Source of the DNA: an uncultured Gemmatimonadales bacterium
GTDB taxonomy: Bacteria > Gemmatimonadota > Gemmatimonadetes > Palauibacterales > Palauibacteraceae
DNA length: 64,000 bases
Reading direction: 5' to 3'
NCBI GenBank assembly: GCA_963783385.1
Contig: CAWANJ010000006.1
Span: 64,001 to 128,000, forward strand
Part shown: in pieces, positions 19,380 through 29,899 of the stretch
How the letters are laid out: every line of letters begins with the position of its first letter
Numbering within the stretch: position 1 is the first letter of the stretch
The notes under the pieces: generated by a model
The model's input: the letters and a program-made list of their open reading frames with translations, nothing else
Database searches by the model: none
Told to the model about the DNA's origin: nothing
Made by a program: the position numbers and the translations under genes

Positions 19380-21864
19380 ATGCTGCCCATGAGATCCTCC
19401 GCGACGTCCACGATGACGGCCGCCCTGGTCGCCGCTCTCCTCCCCTGCGCCGTCCCATCCCACGCCCTGCGGGCCCAGGCCGCGGCGCAGCAGAAGGCCG
19501 GGACCGACACCGCGGCTCCGGCCGACACGTCCGACTTCCAGCTCACCGTGCAGGACATCATGCGCGGCCCCGAGCTGGTGGGGTCGCCCCCCTCGGCCGT
19601 CCGGTGGACCCCCGACGGCCAGTGGGTCTTCTTCCGCTGGAAGCCGGGCGGCGAGGCCTGGTACGAGGACCCGGCCCTGTACCGGGTGCCGGCGCGCGGC
19701 GGGGAGCCCCAGCGGCTCACCGACGCCCAGGCCGATTCGCTGGGCGTCCTGGTGGCGCGTGGGGACGACTCCCCGGACGGCAAGCGGCGCGTGGTCGCCT
19801 GGCAGGGCGATCTGTGGCTGGTGCGGCGCGCCGGCCTCCACGTGACGCGCCTCACCGACACGCGCGACGTGGAGTCGGAGCCCGTGTTCGGGCGCGACGG
19901 CCACACCGTCTACTTCGTCCGCGACGGGAACGCCTACGCCCTCGACCTCTCCGACGGCGCCCTCCGCCAGCTCACCGACATCCGCCACGGCGAGAAGCCG
20001 CCGGAGGAGGAGAAGCCGGTCTCGGAGCAGCGCGCCTGGCTGGAGAAGCAGCAGGAGAAGCTGTTCGACGTGATCCGGGTGCGAAAGAAGCAGGAGGCGA
20101 AGGACAAGGCCGAGAGGAAGGCGCGGGAAGCGAAGGAGCCGACCCCCGTCTACATCGGCAAGGAGGAGCGGGTCGCTCGCATCGAGGTCGAGCCCGGCGG
20201 ACGCTGGGCCGCCGTGCTGCTCGTGAAGGGGCCGGAGAAGGAGCGACACACGACCGTGGCCCGCTTCGTCACCGAGTCCGGCTACGTGGAGACGATCCAG
20301 GGTCGGGAGAAGGTGGGGGACTTCCAGCCCCACAGCCGCCTCGGGATCGCGGACCTCTCCACCGGCAAGGTGACGTGGCTCGATCTCACGCCCCCGGCCG
20401 GCGCCACCCGGTACGACAGCGCGGCCACGGTCGGCGAGCCGGCCCTGGCGGACATCGGGTTCGAGGGCTGGAACGCCGACGGCACGCGCGGGCTCATCGG
20501 CACGGTCACCTTCGCCTACAAGGACGAGTACCTGTACGCGGTGGACGGGGCCACCGGGAAGCTCTCCCTCCTCACCCACGACCACGACGACGCGTGGATC
20601 GGCGGACCTTGCCCCACGTGGAGCTCGCGGGGGTGCGCCGGCTGGCTCCCGGACGGGCACAGCGCCTGGTTCCTGTCGGAGCGGTCCGGGTACTCCCACC
20701 TGTACCGGATGCCGGCCGAGGAGGGGGCGAAGCCCACGCAGCTCACGAGCGGGAAGTGGGAGGTGAAGTCGGCCTCGATCTCGGCCGACAAGAAGCGCTT
20801 CGACCTCACGACCAGCGAGGGCTCGCCGTACGAGCAGCAGTTCTGGAAGGCGGACCTGGACGGATCGAACCGGATCCGGATCTCGAAGCGCCCGGGAGTT
20901 GCACGACGTCACGCCCTCGCCCGATGGCAAGCGGATCGCCGGCGTGTACTCCTACGCCAACCGTCCGCCGGAGCTGTTCCTCCGCGACGCGAGTCCGGGC
21001 GCGAAGCCGGTGCAGGTCACCCACTCGCCCACGCGGGCGTGGCGCGAATACCCGTGGATGGTGCCCCCCATCGTCACCTTCACGGCCCGGGACGGCACCC
21101 AGGTGCCGGCGCGCATCTACCGGCCGGCCGACGTGGGGGCGAAGCCCAACGGCGCGGCCGTGATCTTCGTGCACGGGGCCGGCTACCTGCACAACGTCAC
21201 GATGGGGTGGTCGGACTACTACTACCGCGAGTACATGTTCAACCAGCTCCTGGCCTCGAAGGGCTACGTGGTGCTGGCCATCGACTACCGCGGCTCGGCC
21301 GGCTACGGGCGTGACTGGCGCACGGCCATCTACCGGCACATGGGCGGCAAGGACCTGGACGACCAGGTGGACGGGGTCAAGTACCTGATGGCCCACGAGG
21401 GGATCGACAGCCCGGAGCGGGTGGGAATCTACGGCGGCTCGTACGGCGGCTTCATGACGCTCATGGCGCTGTTCACGGCGCCGAAGTGGTTCGGAGCCGG
21501 GGCGGCGCTGCGCTCGGTGACCGACTGGGCGCACTACAACCACTGGTACACGAGCCGGATCCTGAACCTGCCGACGACCGACAGCGTGGCCTACCGGCAG
21601 TCCTCGCCCATCTACTTCGCCTCGGGGCTCGAGGACCCCCTCCTCATGTGCCACGGCATCCGGGACACCAACGTCGAGTTCGAGGACATCGCCCGGCTCA
21701 CGCAGAAGCTCATCGAGCTGGGCAAGACGGGGTGGACGCTGGCGCCCTACCCGGTCGAGAACCACGGCTTCATCCACCCGACCTCGTGGACGGACGAGTA
21801 CCGGCGCATCCTCGCCCTGTTCACGCGCACGATCGGGCCGCAGGGGTCCAAGGCGGGGCTGTGA
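19380..21864 (+). CDS. Secreted S9-family (DPP IV-like) peptidase (frameshift near 20895)
   Basis: Signal peptide and propeller repeats; catalytic domain with VHGAGY, DYRGSAGYG, GGSYGG, HGIRDTNV, ENHGF. Confidence 0.9.
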
Positions 21865-21874
21865 GCGGCGCGGC

Positions 21875-23149
21875 ATGAGGCGCCGCGTGCCCGGTCTCCG
21901 CGGCGTGGGCGTATGGGGTCCGCTGTTGGTCTGCGCCGCGGCGGCCGGCTGCGGCGGGAGCGGCGGTGCCCCCTCCTTCGTGACCAGGGACAGCGCCGGC
22001 GTGCGGATCGCCGAGAGCCGGGCACCGGCCTGGGGGAAGGGACAGGGGTGGACCGTCGCCGACACGCCGGAGCTCTCCATCGGGGTGGTCCAGGGCGACT
22101 CGGCCTACCAGCTCTACCAGGTGCGGGGCACGACGCGCCTCTCGGACGGGACGATCGTGGTCGCCAACGGCGGCACGCAGCAGCTCCGCTTCTACGACGC
22201 CTCCGGGAAGTTCGTCCGCGCGGTGGGCGGCCGGGGCGGCGCCCCCGGCGAGTTCCAGGCCCTTCTCGAAATCGTCCGCATCCCGGGGGACTCGATCGTC
22301 GCGTTCGACTGGCGCCTGCGGCGGCTGAGCCTGTTCGGGCCCCACGGCGGCCTGGCGCGGACCGTGAGCCTGGCGGGGGACGCGGGGCAGGCCCCCCTCA
22401 TGCTGGCCGGCGCCCTGGATGGAGGCCGCTTCCTGGCCATGCGCGAGTCCCTCCTCGGACCCGGGCGGGTGCCGGAGGGCTACGCCCGGGACACGCTGCG
22501 ACTCGTCGAGCTCGACGACTCGGCGGGTCAGGTGGCTGACCTGGGGCCGTTCCCCGGTGGCGAGCGCTTCGTCGACGTGACACGCCGGAACGGACGGATC
22601 ACGTCCATGCAGGTCATGGTCCTCCCCTTCAGCCGGAATGCCTACGTGGCCGTGGGCGACGGCCGGGTGTGGGCAGGCTCCAGCGACCGCTACGAGGTCA
22701 GGGCGTTCGGCCCCGACGGGACGCTCCGCGAGATCGTGCGCCGCACCGACGTGACCCCGGCGACCGTGACCGACGCCATGAAGACCCGGGCCGTGGAGGC
22801 GCGCGTGGCGGCCCGGAAGCGGGACAACCCGAACCTGTCCGCCTCCGATCTCGCCGCGGCCCGGAAGGCGCTGACGGCCCTGCCGGCGCCCCGCACCGCG
22901 CCCACGTTCTCGACCCTCCGGGTCGGCCCGGACGGGGACCTGTGGGTGAGCGACTTCAGGCCTCCGTGGGCGGAGGCCGACCCGTCGACGTGGAGCGTGT
23001 TCGACCCGGAGGGACGCTGGCTCGGGACCGTGTCGGTGCCGGCCGGGCTGGACGTGTACGAGGTCGGCCGTGACTACCTGCTCGGCCGGCGGAAGGACGA
23101 CCTGGGGGTCGAGCACGTCGAGCTGTACCGCCTCTCCCGGAAGGGGTGA
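21875..23149 (+). CDS. 6-bladed beta-propeller lipoprotein
   Basis: Lipobox AAGC; RDSAGVRI, GGRGGAPGEF, WSVFDPEGRWLG, DDLGVEHV. Confidence 0.8.
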   Translation: MRRRVPGLRGVGVWGPLLVCAAAAGCGGSGGAPSFVTRDSAGVRIAESRAPAWGKGQGWTVADTPELSIGVVQGDSAYQLYQVRGTTRLSDGTIVVANGGTQQLRFYDASGKFVRAVGGRGGAPGEFQALLEIVRIPGDSIVAFDWRLRRLSLFGPHGGLARTVSLAGDAGQAPLMLAGALDGGRFLAMRESLLGPGRVPEGYARDTLRLVELDDSAGQVADLGPFPGGERFVDVTRRNGRITSMQVMVLPFSRNAYVAVGDGRVWAGSSDRYEVRAFGPDGTLREIVRRTDVTPATVTDAMKTRAVEARVAARKRDNPNLSASDLAAARKALTALPAPRTAPTFSTLRVGPDGDLWVSDFRPPWAEADPSTWSVFDPEGRWLGTVSVPAGLDVYEVGRDYLLGRRKDDLGVEHVELYRLSRKG

Positions 23150-23547
23150 CGTCCATGCCCCGCCTGCTGTTCCTCCTCGCCATCGCCGCCGCCGGCGTCC
23201 GACTCTCCATCCAGGCGGCGGCCAACGCCCGCATGGGCGGTCTGCTGGCGGCCGTGACCTTCTCGGGCCTGTTCGGGCGCGCGGAGGTGGCCAAGGCCGC
23301 GAGCGCCCCCTGGTGGGCGTGGATCGGCGGGCTGCTGGGCGCCACCCACATCACCCTCACGGTGATCGCCGTGCCCCGGGTCGGCGCGGCGCTCACCTTC
23401 GCCGCCGTGATCGCCGGTCAGCTCATCGGCTCGGTGCTCCTGGACAGCACCGGGTGGCTCGGCGTACCGAAAATGCCAGTGAGCGCGACCCGAATCCTCG
23501 GCGTCCTCCTGCTGTTCGCCGGGGTGCTGCTCGTCCAGCGGGGCTGA
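23146..23547 (+). CDS. DMT/YdcZ-family transporter subunit (short)
   Basis: QAAANA, PWWAWIGGLLGA, PRVGAA, IAGQL..SVLLD..GWLG. Confidence 0.78.
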   Translation: MTSMPRLLFLLAIAAAGVRLSIQAAANARMGGLLAAVTFSGLFGRAEVAKAASAPWWAWIGGLLGATHITLTVIAVPRVGAALTFAAVIAGQLIGSVLLDSTGWLGVPKMPVSATRILGVLLLFAGVLLVQRG

Positions 23548-23634
23548 CCGCCGGCCCCCGCCTGCTTGTCGTCGCGCCACGCCGGTGGCCGCCACCGGCC
23601 CGAGCGCCGGGTCGCCCCGGCGCCACGCCGACTC

Positions 23635-24852
23635 TCAGAAGAAGGCCGTCAGCGACACATAGAGGTAGGTGGGCACGGCGCCGTACTCGGAGCGCGGCGT
23701 CCCGACCGGCTCCACCCCGCCCCGGCCGGCCGACAGGTAGAGCCCGAGGCGAGCCGAGAGATCGTCCGACAGGGACCCGGTGAGGGCCGGCGCCAGGAGC
23801 GTGCTGGCGTCGTCCAGGTTGATGATCACGAGGAGCTCGGCCCCCACCAGGGGATGGAGCTGCCAGGTGGCTTCGGCCAGCGCCTCGTCCCGTCCCAGGG
23901 CCTGAAGCTCCCCGCGCCGGTACGCCTCCGAGCCGAGGACGCCGGGGTAGCCGGAGGGAGCCGTGGCCCCGAAGCCGTCGTGCTGGACCTCGCCCACCAG
24001 GTGGAGGTCCCGGCCCAGGAGCGCGAAGCGGCGGTCGGCCCCGGCCGCCACCCGCACCACCGTCCCGCCTCCGACCTTCCTGCGCAGCGTCGCGTCGACC
24101 CGCACGGCCCAGCCGCCCAGGCCGCGGTCGGCGCCGACCGCGACCGCGGGCTCGTCGTGGAGGGCACCGGCCCACGCCGACACGTCCCAGGACGACAGCC
24201 GGGTGCCGCCCCGGAGGAGGGCGGTGACGCGGTGACCGGGGGAGGAGTCCTCCGGCCGGACCACCAGGTCCAGGATCGTGAACGGCCCCGCGAAGTACTG
24301 GAGGCGAACCGCGTCCACGCCGGCGCGGTACTCCCGGAACGGGTCACTGGGATCGAAGGGGGCGAACGGATCGGTGGGAGTGAAGAGTAGCGTCGTGGCC
24401 CAGGAGATGGCCTGGCGGCCCACCGTGAGCTCCGCGGCCGAGCCCAGCGGCACGGCCACCGACAGGCGGTCCAGGCGGTGACGCCACACCGCATGCGCGC
24501 CCGCGGCCAGGGTCCAGTCCAGCTTCATCAGGTCCTGGGGCGCCTGGGCCACGCCGCCGGGCAGCAGCGCCGGAGAGGCGTCCGTGCGCTGGCTCCAGCG
24601 GAGCGTGTGCTCGTACGCCACATCGAGGGTCGCGGGCCCCAGCCGCGGGTCCAGCATGAGCCGCAGCCTGTGGAGATCGAGCGCCCCGGCGGGCCCGTAG
24701 GGGCTCGAGCCCTCGTATGAGAGGACGTTCAGGTAGTAGCCGCGCGGCTCGAGTCCCTGGGCCCGGGCGGCGCGTGGCGCTCCGGCGGCGAGGACCAGGC
24801 CGAGCGCCGGGACGAAGCCGGCCCCGAGCACCACGCCGAGCGCCGGCCTCAC
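23635..24852 (-). CDS. Hypothetical outer-membrane protein, last gene of the Lol-like ABC operon
   Basis: Signal peptide; RLDRL, GRQAISW, PTDPF, GVDAVR; terminal F. Confidence 0.7.
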   Translation of the reverse strand: MRPALGVVLGAGFVPALGLVLAAGAPRAARAQGLEPRGYYLNVLSYEGSSPYGPAGALDLHRLRLMLDPRLGPATLDVAYEHTLRWSQRTDASPALLPGGVAQAPQDLMKLDWTLAAGAHAVWRHRLDRLSVAVPLGSAAELTVGRQAISWATTLLFTPTDPFAPFDPSDPFREYRAGVDAVRLQYFAGPFTILDLVVRPEDSSPGHRVTALLRGGTRLSSWDVSAWAGALHDEPAVAVGADRGLGGWAVRVDATLRRKVGGGTVVRVAAGADRRFALLGRDLHLVGEVQHDGFGATAPSGYPGVLGSEAYRRGELQALGRDEALAEATWQLHPLVGAELLVIINLDDASTLLAPALTGSLSDDLSARLGLYLSAGRGGVEPVGTPRSEYGAVPTYLYVSLTAFF

Positions 24853-25625
24853 GCCGTGGAGCCCCGCCCCGACGGGCGCACGTCGCTCTCGATCCGTCCG
24901 TCCACCAGGTGGACGAGCCGATGCGCTCGCTCCATGACCCGCGGATCGTGCGTCGAGAAGATGAAGGTGACGCCGCGCTCGTGGTTCAGGCGCTCCATCA
25001 CGCCGAGCAGCGCGTCCCCGGTGGCGGAGTCCAGGTTGGCGGTGGGCTCATCCGCGAGGACGAGGGCGGGCTCGCCGACCACGGCGCGCGCCACGGCCAC
25101 GCGCTGCTGCTGGCCGCCAGACAGCCGCCCCGGCCGCCGATCCTCGAGTCCGTCGAGGCCGATCTCCCGGAACAGGGCCCGCACCCGCTCGCGCCGCTCC
25201 GCGGCCGGAAGGCCCCGCAGCAGCAGCGTGAACTCGGCGTTCTCGAGCGCCGAGAGGACGGGAAGGAGGTTGTAGGCCTGGAACACGAACCCGATGTGCT
25301 CCAGGCGCAGCCTCGCCAGCTCCCGGCCGCTCAGCGATGTGAGGTCGCGTCCGGCCACCCACACCCGCCCCCGGGTCGGAGCGGTGAGGCCGCCGAGCAG
25401 GTTGAGGAGTGTGGTCTTGCCGGAGCCCGACGGGCCGGCCATGGCCACGAAGTCGCCGGCCCGGACCTCCAGGCTCAGGTCGCGCACCGCTTCCACGGGT
25501 GCCGGCTCCTGCTCGTAGATCTTCCACAGATCCTCGGTCCGGACGGCCGCGACGGGCGGCTCCGGACCGGTCCGATCGTTATCGGTCGGGTCGGTCTCGT
25601 GCGTGTCGGATCCTCGCATGTCCAC
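24849..25625 (-). CDS. ABC transporter ATP-binding protein (LolD/MacB-like)
   Basis: GPSGSGKTT, GFVFQAYNL, LSGGQQQRVAVARA, LADEPTANLD, STHD. Confidence 0.95.
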   Translation of the reverse strand: MDMRGSDTHETDPTDNDRTGPEPPVAAVRTEDLWKIYEQEPAPVEAVRDLSLEVRAGDFVAMAGPSGSGKTTLLNLLGGLTAPTRGRVWVAGRDLTSLSGRELARLRLEHIGFVFQAYNLLPVLSALENAEFTLLLRGLPAAERRERVRALFREIGLDGLEDRRPGRLSGGQQQRVAVARAVVGEPALVLADEPTANLDSATGDALLGVMERLNHERGVTFIFSTHDPRVMERAHRLVHLVDGRIESDVRPSGRGSTA

Positions 25626-25629
25626 TCCC

Positions 25630-26904
25630 TCAACGGTCGAACTTGAGCGCCTCGGCGACGTCGATCCGGGTGGCCACCCGGGTCGGATACAGCGACGCCA
25701 GGATGCCGATGACCACGACGAAGCCGGCCGCCTCCACCACGCGGGTCGGCCGGAAGATGGGGACGATCACCGGGTCGATGACCGCGCCCGACAGGCTGAT
25801 CCCCTGGCCGTACAGGGCCGACAGGTCGAGTCCGTGGCGCCACAGGAGCCAGGTGGTGGCCAGCCCGAGGGCCACTCCCAGCACGCCGCTCAGGCCGGCC
25901 AGCAGGACGCCCTCGCCGAACACCACCGCCCCCGTTTCCCCGCGCGTGAGGCCCAGGGCCTCGAGGACGCCGAACTCCCGCCTTCGGTTGAGGACGGACA
26001 TGAGGACGGCGTTGAGCACCGCGAGGGCCACGATCGCGAAGAGCACGACCATGAAGGCGTAGAAGCCGAAGTCGTCGATGCGAACGGCGGACTCGAGCTC
26101 GGGGGAGACCTGCCGCCAGGACAGCACCGCGACTCCGGCGCCGCCTCCGCCCTCCCCGAGCCGGGCGCGGAGGACCTCGAGCGCGCGCCCGGTCTCCTGG
26201 CTGGAGCGCAGGAGGACGGCCACCGAGGTGGCGGCGCCGGGGGTGCCGAGCCAGCGGCGCGCCGTGGCGATCGGGATCTGCACGACCCCGTCGTCGATGT
26301 CGGGGATCCCGGTCCTGAACAGGCCCCGCACGCGGACCAGCTGCTCGGCCACACCGCCCGAAGCGCCCTGGGCCGTGAGCACGAGGCGCGAGCCGAGCTC
26401 GAGGCCGAGGCGGTCGGCGAGCCCGGCTCCCACGTAGGCGGCGAGCCGATCGGAGGGCTCCAGGTAGCGCCCCTCGACCCGCCGGTCGTCCAGCTTGGAG
26501 AAGGCGGCTTCGGCGCCGGGGTCGACGCCCTCCACCTGGACGGGCAGGGAGGAGCCGGGCGAGCTGGCCAGGCCGCTCACCGTGAGATCGACGACCGACG
26601 CGACCATCGGAACGCTGGCCCGGAGCCCCGCCACGGCCCGCTCGGCGGCGGCGACCCGCGCGGAGTCCAGCCGGTCGTCCAGGCTCCCGGTGGAGGCGAA
26701 GCCGGGCGCCTCCACGGTCACGTGGCCGAGTCCGAGCCGCACGCCGTCGCTTATCCACTGCTCGTGTGCGCCGTCGCCGATGGCCCGCGCCATCGTCAGG
26801 AGGGCGAGGCCGACCACCATCGCCGAGGCCGTGAGGGCGCTGCGCCGCGCCTGCCGGAGGGTGTTGCGCAGCGACAGCCGCGCCAGGATGCGGAGGCGGG
26901 CCAT
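25630..26904 (-). CDS. ABC transporter permease (LolC/E, FtsX-like)
   Basis: RLSLRNTLRQARRSALT, NAVLMSVLNRRREFGVLEALG, YPTRVATRID.AEAL. Confidence 0.9.
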   Translation of the reverse strand: MARLRILARLSLRNTLRQARRSALTASAMVVGLALLTMARAIGDGAHEQWISDGVRLGLGHVTVEAPGFASTGSLDDRLDSARVAAAERAVAGLRASVPMVASVVDLTVSGLASSPGSSLPVQVEGVDPGAEAAFSKLDDRRVEGRYLEPSDRLAAYVGAGLADRLGLELGSRLVLTAQGASGGVAEQLVRVRGLFRTGIPDIDDGVVQIPIATARRWLGTPGAATSVAVLLRSSQETGRALEVLRARLGEGGGGAGVAVLSWRQVSPELESAVRIDDFGFYAFMVVLFAIVALAVLNAVLMSVLNRRREFGVLEALGLTRGETGAVVFGEGVLLAGLSGVLGVALGLATTWLLWRHGLDLSALYGQGISLSGAVIDPVIVPIFRPTRVVEAAGFVVVIGILASLYPTRVATRIDVAEALKFDR

Positions 26905-28163
26905 CACCGGTCGGACAGCGCGTCGGCGGGCGGCACGCGCGTGGCGCGCCACGCCGGGTAGGCCGCGGCCAGGACGGCCGTGACCAGGAGGGCGGCGGCG
27001 GCGAGGAGCGGCGCCTCCAGCGAGTACTGCACGCGGAGCACGGGCCGCACCAGCGCCCCCGCCATGGTGAAGCCGCCGTACAGGAAGCTCATGTCGGGCG
27101 GTGACCGGTGCCACCACACGAGGATGGGAGCCGTGAGGAGGGCGCCGGCCACCAGCGCGAAGGCGCCCAGCATGAGCCCCTCGTACACGACGGTCCGGGC
27201 CACGCCGCTCCGCGTGGTGCCCAGGGCCCGGACGACCGCGAACTCCCGCCGCCGCTCGAATGTGGCCATCAGCATCGTGTTGGCCACCCCGAACACGGCC
27301 ATGGCGAACACGATGGCGATCAGGATCCAGTTGCTGGCCCGCGCCAGGCGCGCGTAGTCGGCGATCTCGGGCCGGAATCGCGGCCAGGCCCGCACGTCCG
27401 CCGCGGCGCCCGCGGCGGCGAGGACCGCCCGGGCCGAGTCGGCCACGGCCGTCGCCGCCCACGGGTCGGCCAGGGCGAGCGCGATCTCGTGCACGCGGCC
27501 CGGAGCGAGCGCCAGCAGGCTCTGGAGCGTCCCGATCGGGAGGAGCGCGTAGGCGGCGTCCAGCTCCCGGACGCCGGTCCGGTACACGCCGGACACGGTG
27601 AACAGGTCGTTGCCCAGCGAGCCGTCCGCCGCCGGGGCGACGAGCACGACCTCGGAGCCGGGGCCCACCCCGAGCTTGCGCGCCATCTCGGCGCCGATCA
27701 GCACCTGGCGGGTGCCCGCCGCCGGGGCCCGGCCACGCTGGATGGACGCCATCAGCCGGCTGACCCCGGGCTCGAGGGCCGGGTCCTCCCCCATGAGCAC
27801 GGCGCCCGACGTCTGGCTCCCGGCGCTCACCAGGCCGCCGCCGAGCACGCGCGGCGCGGCGCCCGTGACGCCGGGCAGCGCGCGCAGCCGCTCGAGCACC
27901 GGGGACAGCGCCATCCCGCTGTCCCCGCCCAGCGTCGCGTACAGGCTCCGCTCCGGGAGGTAGCCGGGAGCGTGCACCTGCACCTGGCCCTGGAGCAGCG
28001 AGGTGCCGTTGTCGATCATCTCGGCGACGATCCCGTCCGAGACGCCGACGATGACGACGGCCGCCAGGTAGCCGAAGGCGAGGGCGGCGCCGGTGATGAG
28101 GGTCCGCTTCCGGTTCCGCCCCAGGTTGCGCCAGGCGAGCCTCCACCACACGCGGCCGCTCAC
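26904..28163 (-). CDS. ABC transporter permease (LolC/E, FtsX-like)
   Basis: RLAWRNLGRNRKRTLIT, NTMLMATFERRREF, YPAWRATRVPPADAL. Confidence 0.9.
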   Translation of the reverse strand: MSGRVWWRLAWRNLGRNRKRTLITGAALAFGYLAAVVIVGVSDGIVAEMIDNGTSLLQGQVQVHAPGYLPERSLYATLGGDSGMALSPVLERLRALPGVTGAAPRVLGGGLVSAGSQTSGAVLMGEDPALEPGVSRLMASIQRGRAPAAGTRQVLIGAEMARKLGVGPGSEVVLVAPAADGSLGNDLFTVSGVYRTGVRELDAAYALLPIGTLQSLLALAPGRVHEIALALADPWAATAVADSARAVLAAAGAAADVRAWPRFRPEIADYARLARASNWILIAIVFAMAVFGVANTMLMATFERRREFAVVRALGTTRSGVARTVVYEGLMLGAFALVAGALLTAPILVWWHRSPPDMSFLYGGFTMAGALVRPVLRVQYSLEAPLLAAAALLVTAVLAAAYPAWRATRVPPADALSDR

Positions 28164-28167
28164 GAGA

Positions 28168-28989
28168 TCAGCGCCCCCGCTCCAGGTTGCGCAGGGAGAA
28201 GTAGGAGGGAGACAGCCCCACGTCGAAGGCCAGCGACTCGTAGATCACGACGGTCCGGTTCCGGGGCTTGTCGGTGGGCACCACCGTCATGGTGGCGGGC
28301 ACGAGCCGACCCGAGAAGGTGCGGTAGTCCGAGAAGGTCATGGTCCGCACCAGCCCCCCGTCCTCGTCGTAGTAGCGAGCCCACACCGGCATGAGGTCCT
28401 TCTTCCGGACCCGCTCCACGATCTTGCCCCACACGACCGCCGCCTCCGGCTTGGGTGTGAGCACGAACTCCCACACCTCGACGCCGTCCCGCGGGCCCTG
28501 GTAGCCGATCGCGATGTCGTAGTCCTCGACCAGCCGGCTCTCCTTCACCAGGTCGTCGTTGGTGAAGTCGGACCCCATCCACGAGCCCATCATCATGGAG
28601 GGCGGGATCTTGATGGTGCGGTCCACCCGCGGGAGGTAATTCCACACCTCGTCCCCCACGCGCAGGGTCGCCGTTCCGGCCTCCTTCTGCGGCGAGGTGA
28701 GCTGGATGAGGCTGTACCGGGTCCCCAGCGACCAGACCTTCCCCTCCAGCGTGCGGCTCCAGTGGGCCGTCCGGATCTCCATGCGGAACGCCCCGCGGCT
28801 CGACTTCCCCCGGAGGAGCCGGTCCACGTGGTCCACGATCGCCCGGGGCGTCTCCCCCGACCCGCCGGGCGTCTGCGCCCGGAGGGGGGCGGGCGCGGCC
28901 GCGCCGATGCCCGTCAACAAAAGGAGCGGCATCCCGAGCGCCGCGAGGCGTGCCGGCCATCGGGGACCGTCCCGCCGACCGCCGATCAC
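28168..28989 (-). CDS. LolA-like outer-membrane lipoprotein-sorting protein
   Basis: Signal peptide; WNYLPRVDRTIKIPPSMMMGSWMGSDFTNDDLV, FSLRNL; start approximate. Confidence 0.85.
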   Translation of the reverse strand: MIGGRRDGPRWPARLAALGMPLLLLTGIGAAAPAPLRAQTPGGSGETPRAIVDHVDRLLRGKSSRGAFRMEIRTAHWSRTLEGKVWSLGTRYSLIQLTSPQKEAGTATLRVGDEVWNYLPRVDRTIKIPPSMMMGSWMGSDFTNDDLVKESRLVEDYDIAIGYQGPRDGVEVWEFVLTPKPEAAVVWGKIVERVRKKDLMPVWARYYDEDGGLVRTMTFSDYRTFSGRLVPATMTVVPTDKPRNRTVVIYESLAFDVGLSPSYFSLRNLERGR

Positions 28990-29642
28990 GACGGCCCTCC
29001 CGGCGCCGGACCTCCCGGCCCTCCCGGCTCCAGCAGCCGGCGGAAGAGCGTCATGTAGCCGCCCATCACCGCCTCGCGGCGACCGGGCTCGATCGCCTCC
29101 CAGTGCTCCGCGATCCACCGGTCCCCGGCCTCGCCCATGCCCATGCACACCTCCACCTGGAACTCGAGCGGGAGGTCCGTGCGGACGGTCCCGAGCTCCT
29201 GGCCGCGGGCCAGGATCCTCCCGATCCACTCGCGCACCACGTCGAACACGCGGTCCGTCCCGCCCCGGTCCGCCGGACCGCCGCGAAGCCGGTAGAAGGA
29301 GCGCAGCAGCCTCATGTACCAGGGATTGTCCTCGAGGTAGTGGGTGGATTCCCGCATGAGGGTCTCGATCGTGGGCCAGAAGCTGGAGGGCGTCAGGCGC
29401 TCCATGGAAAAGCCGCCGGCGAGCTCGATCATGCGGGCCGTGGCGCGCTCGACCACGGTGGCGTACAGGTCCGCCTTGTCCTCGAAGTAGTAGTAGAGGG
29501 AGCCCTTGCTCATCCCGGCCTCCTCCGCGATCCGGTTCACCGAGGCGCCCTCGTACCCGTGCCCGGCGAACTCCTCGGCGGCCACCCGTATCAGGTGCTC
29601 CCGTCGCTCCTCGTCCAGGTTGTCGAAGCGGCTGTAGACCAT
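28986..29642 (-). CDS. TetR/AcrR-family regulator
   Basis: EEFAGHGYEGASVNRIAEEAGMSKGSLYYYFEDKADL. Confidence 0.92.
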   Translation of the reverse strand: MVYSRFDNLDEERREHLIRVAAEEFAGHGYEGASVNRIAEEAGMSKGSLYYYFEDKADLYATVVERATARMIELAGGFSMERLTPSSFWPTIETLMRESTHYLEDNPWYMRLLRSFYRLRGGPADRGGTDRVFDVVREWIGRILARGQELGTVRTDLPLEFQVEVCMGMGEAGDRWIAEHWEAIEPGRREAVMGGYMTLFRRLLEPGGPGGPAPGGPS

Positions 29643-29667
29643 CCCGTGCCTCCACCCTCGATCGTTA

Positions 29668-29689
29668 GGTTCGACCACATGGTCGAACC
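29668..29689. promoter_or_regulatory. TetR-type operator GGTTCGACCA-CA-TGGTCGAACC
   Basis: Perfect 10-2-10 inverted repeat 26 nt upstream of the TetR ATG. Confidence 0.75.
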
Positions 29690-29899
29690 ACAGGGTCCAG
29701 AGTGAGACGGCGGACGATCGAAGTCAAGGGGAGGAGTCGGATCGAGGCCGGGAGGGGCGCGGCGGGCGGGGGCCGGAGGAGGGCGGCATGGGCCGGAGGG
29801 GAGCGAGGCCTCGGCGCTCGGAGAGGATCGGAGCTCGGAGGGAGCCGACGCCCGGAGGGAACCGGCGGCTCGGGAGGAGCCGCCGCTCGAGCCGCCCCC

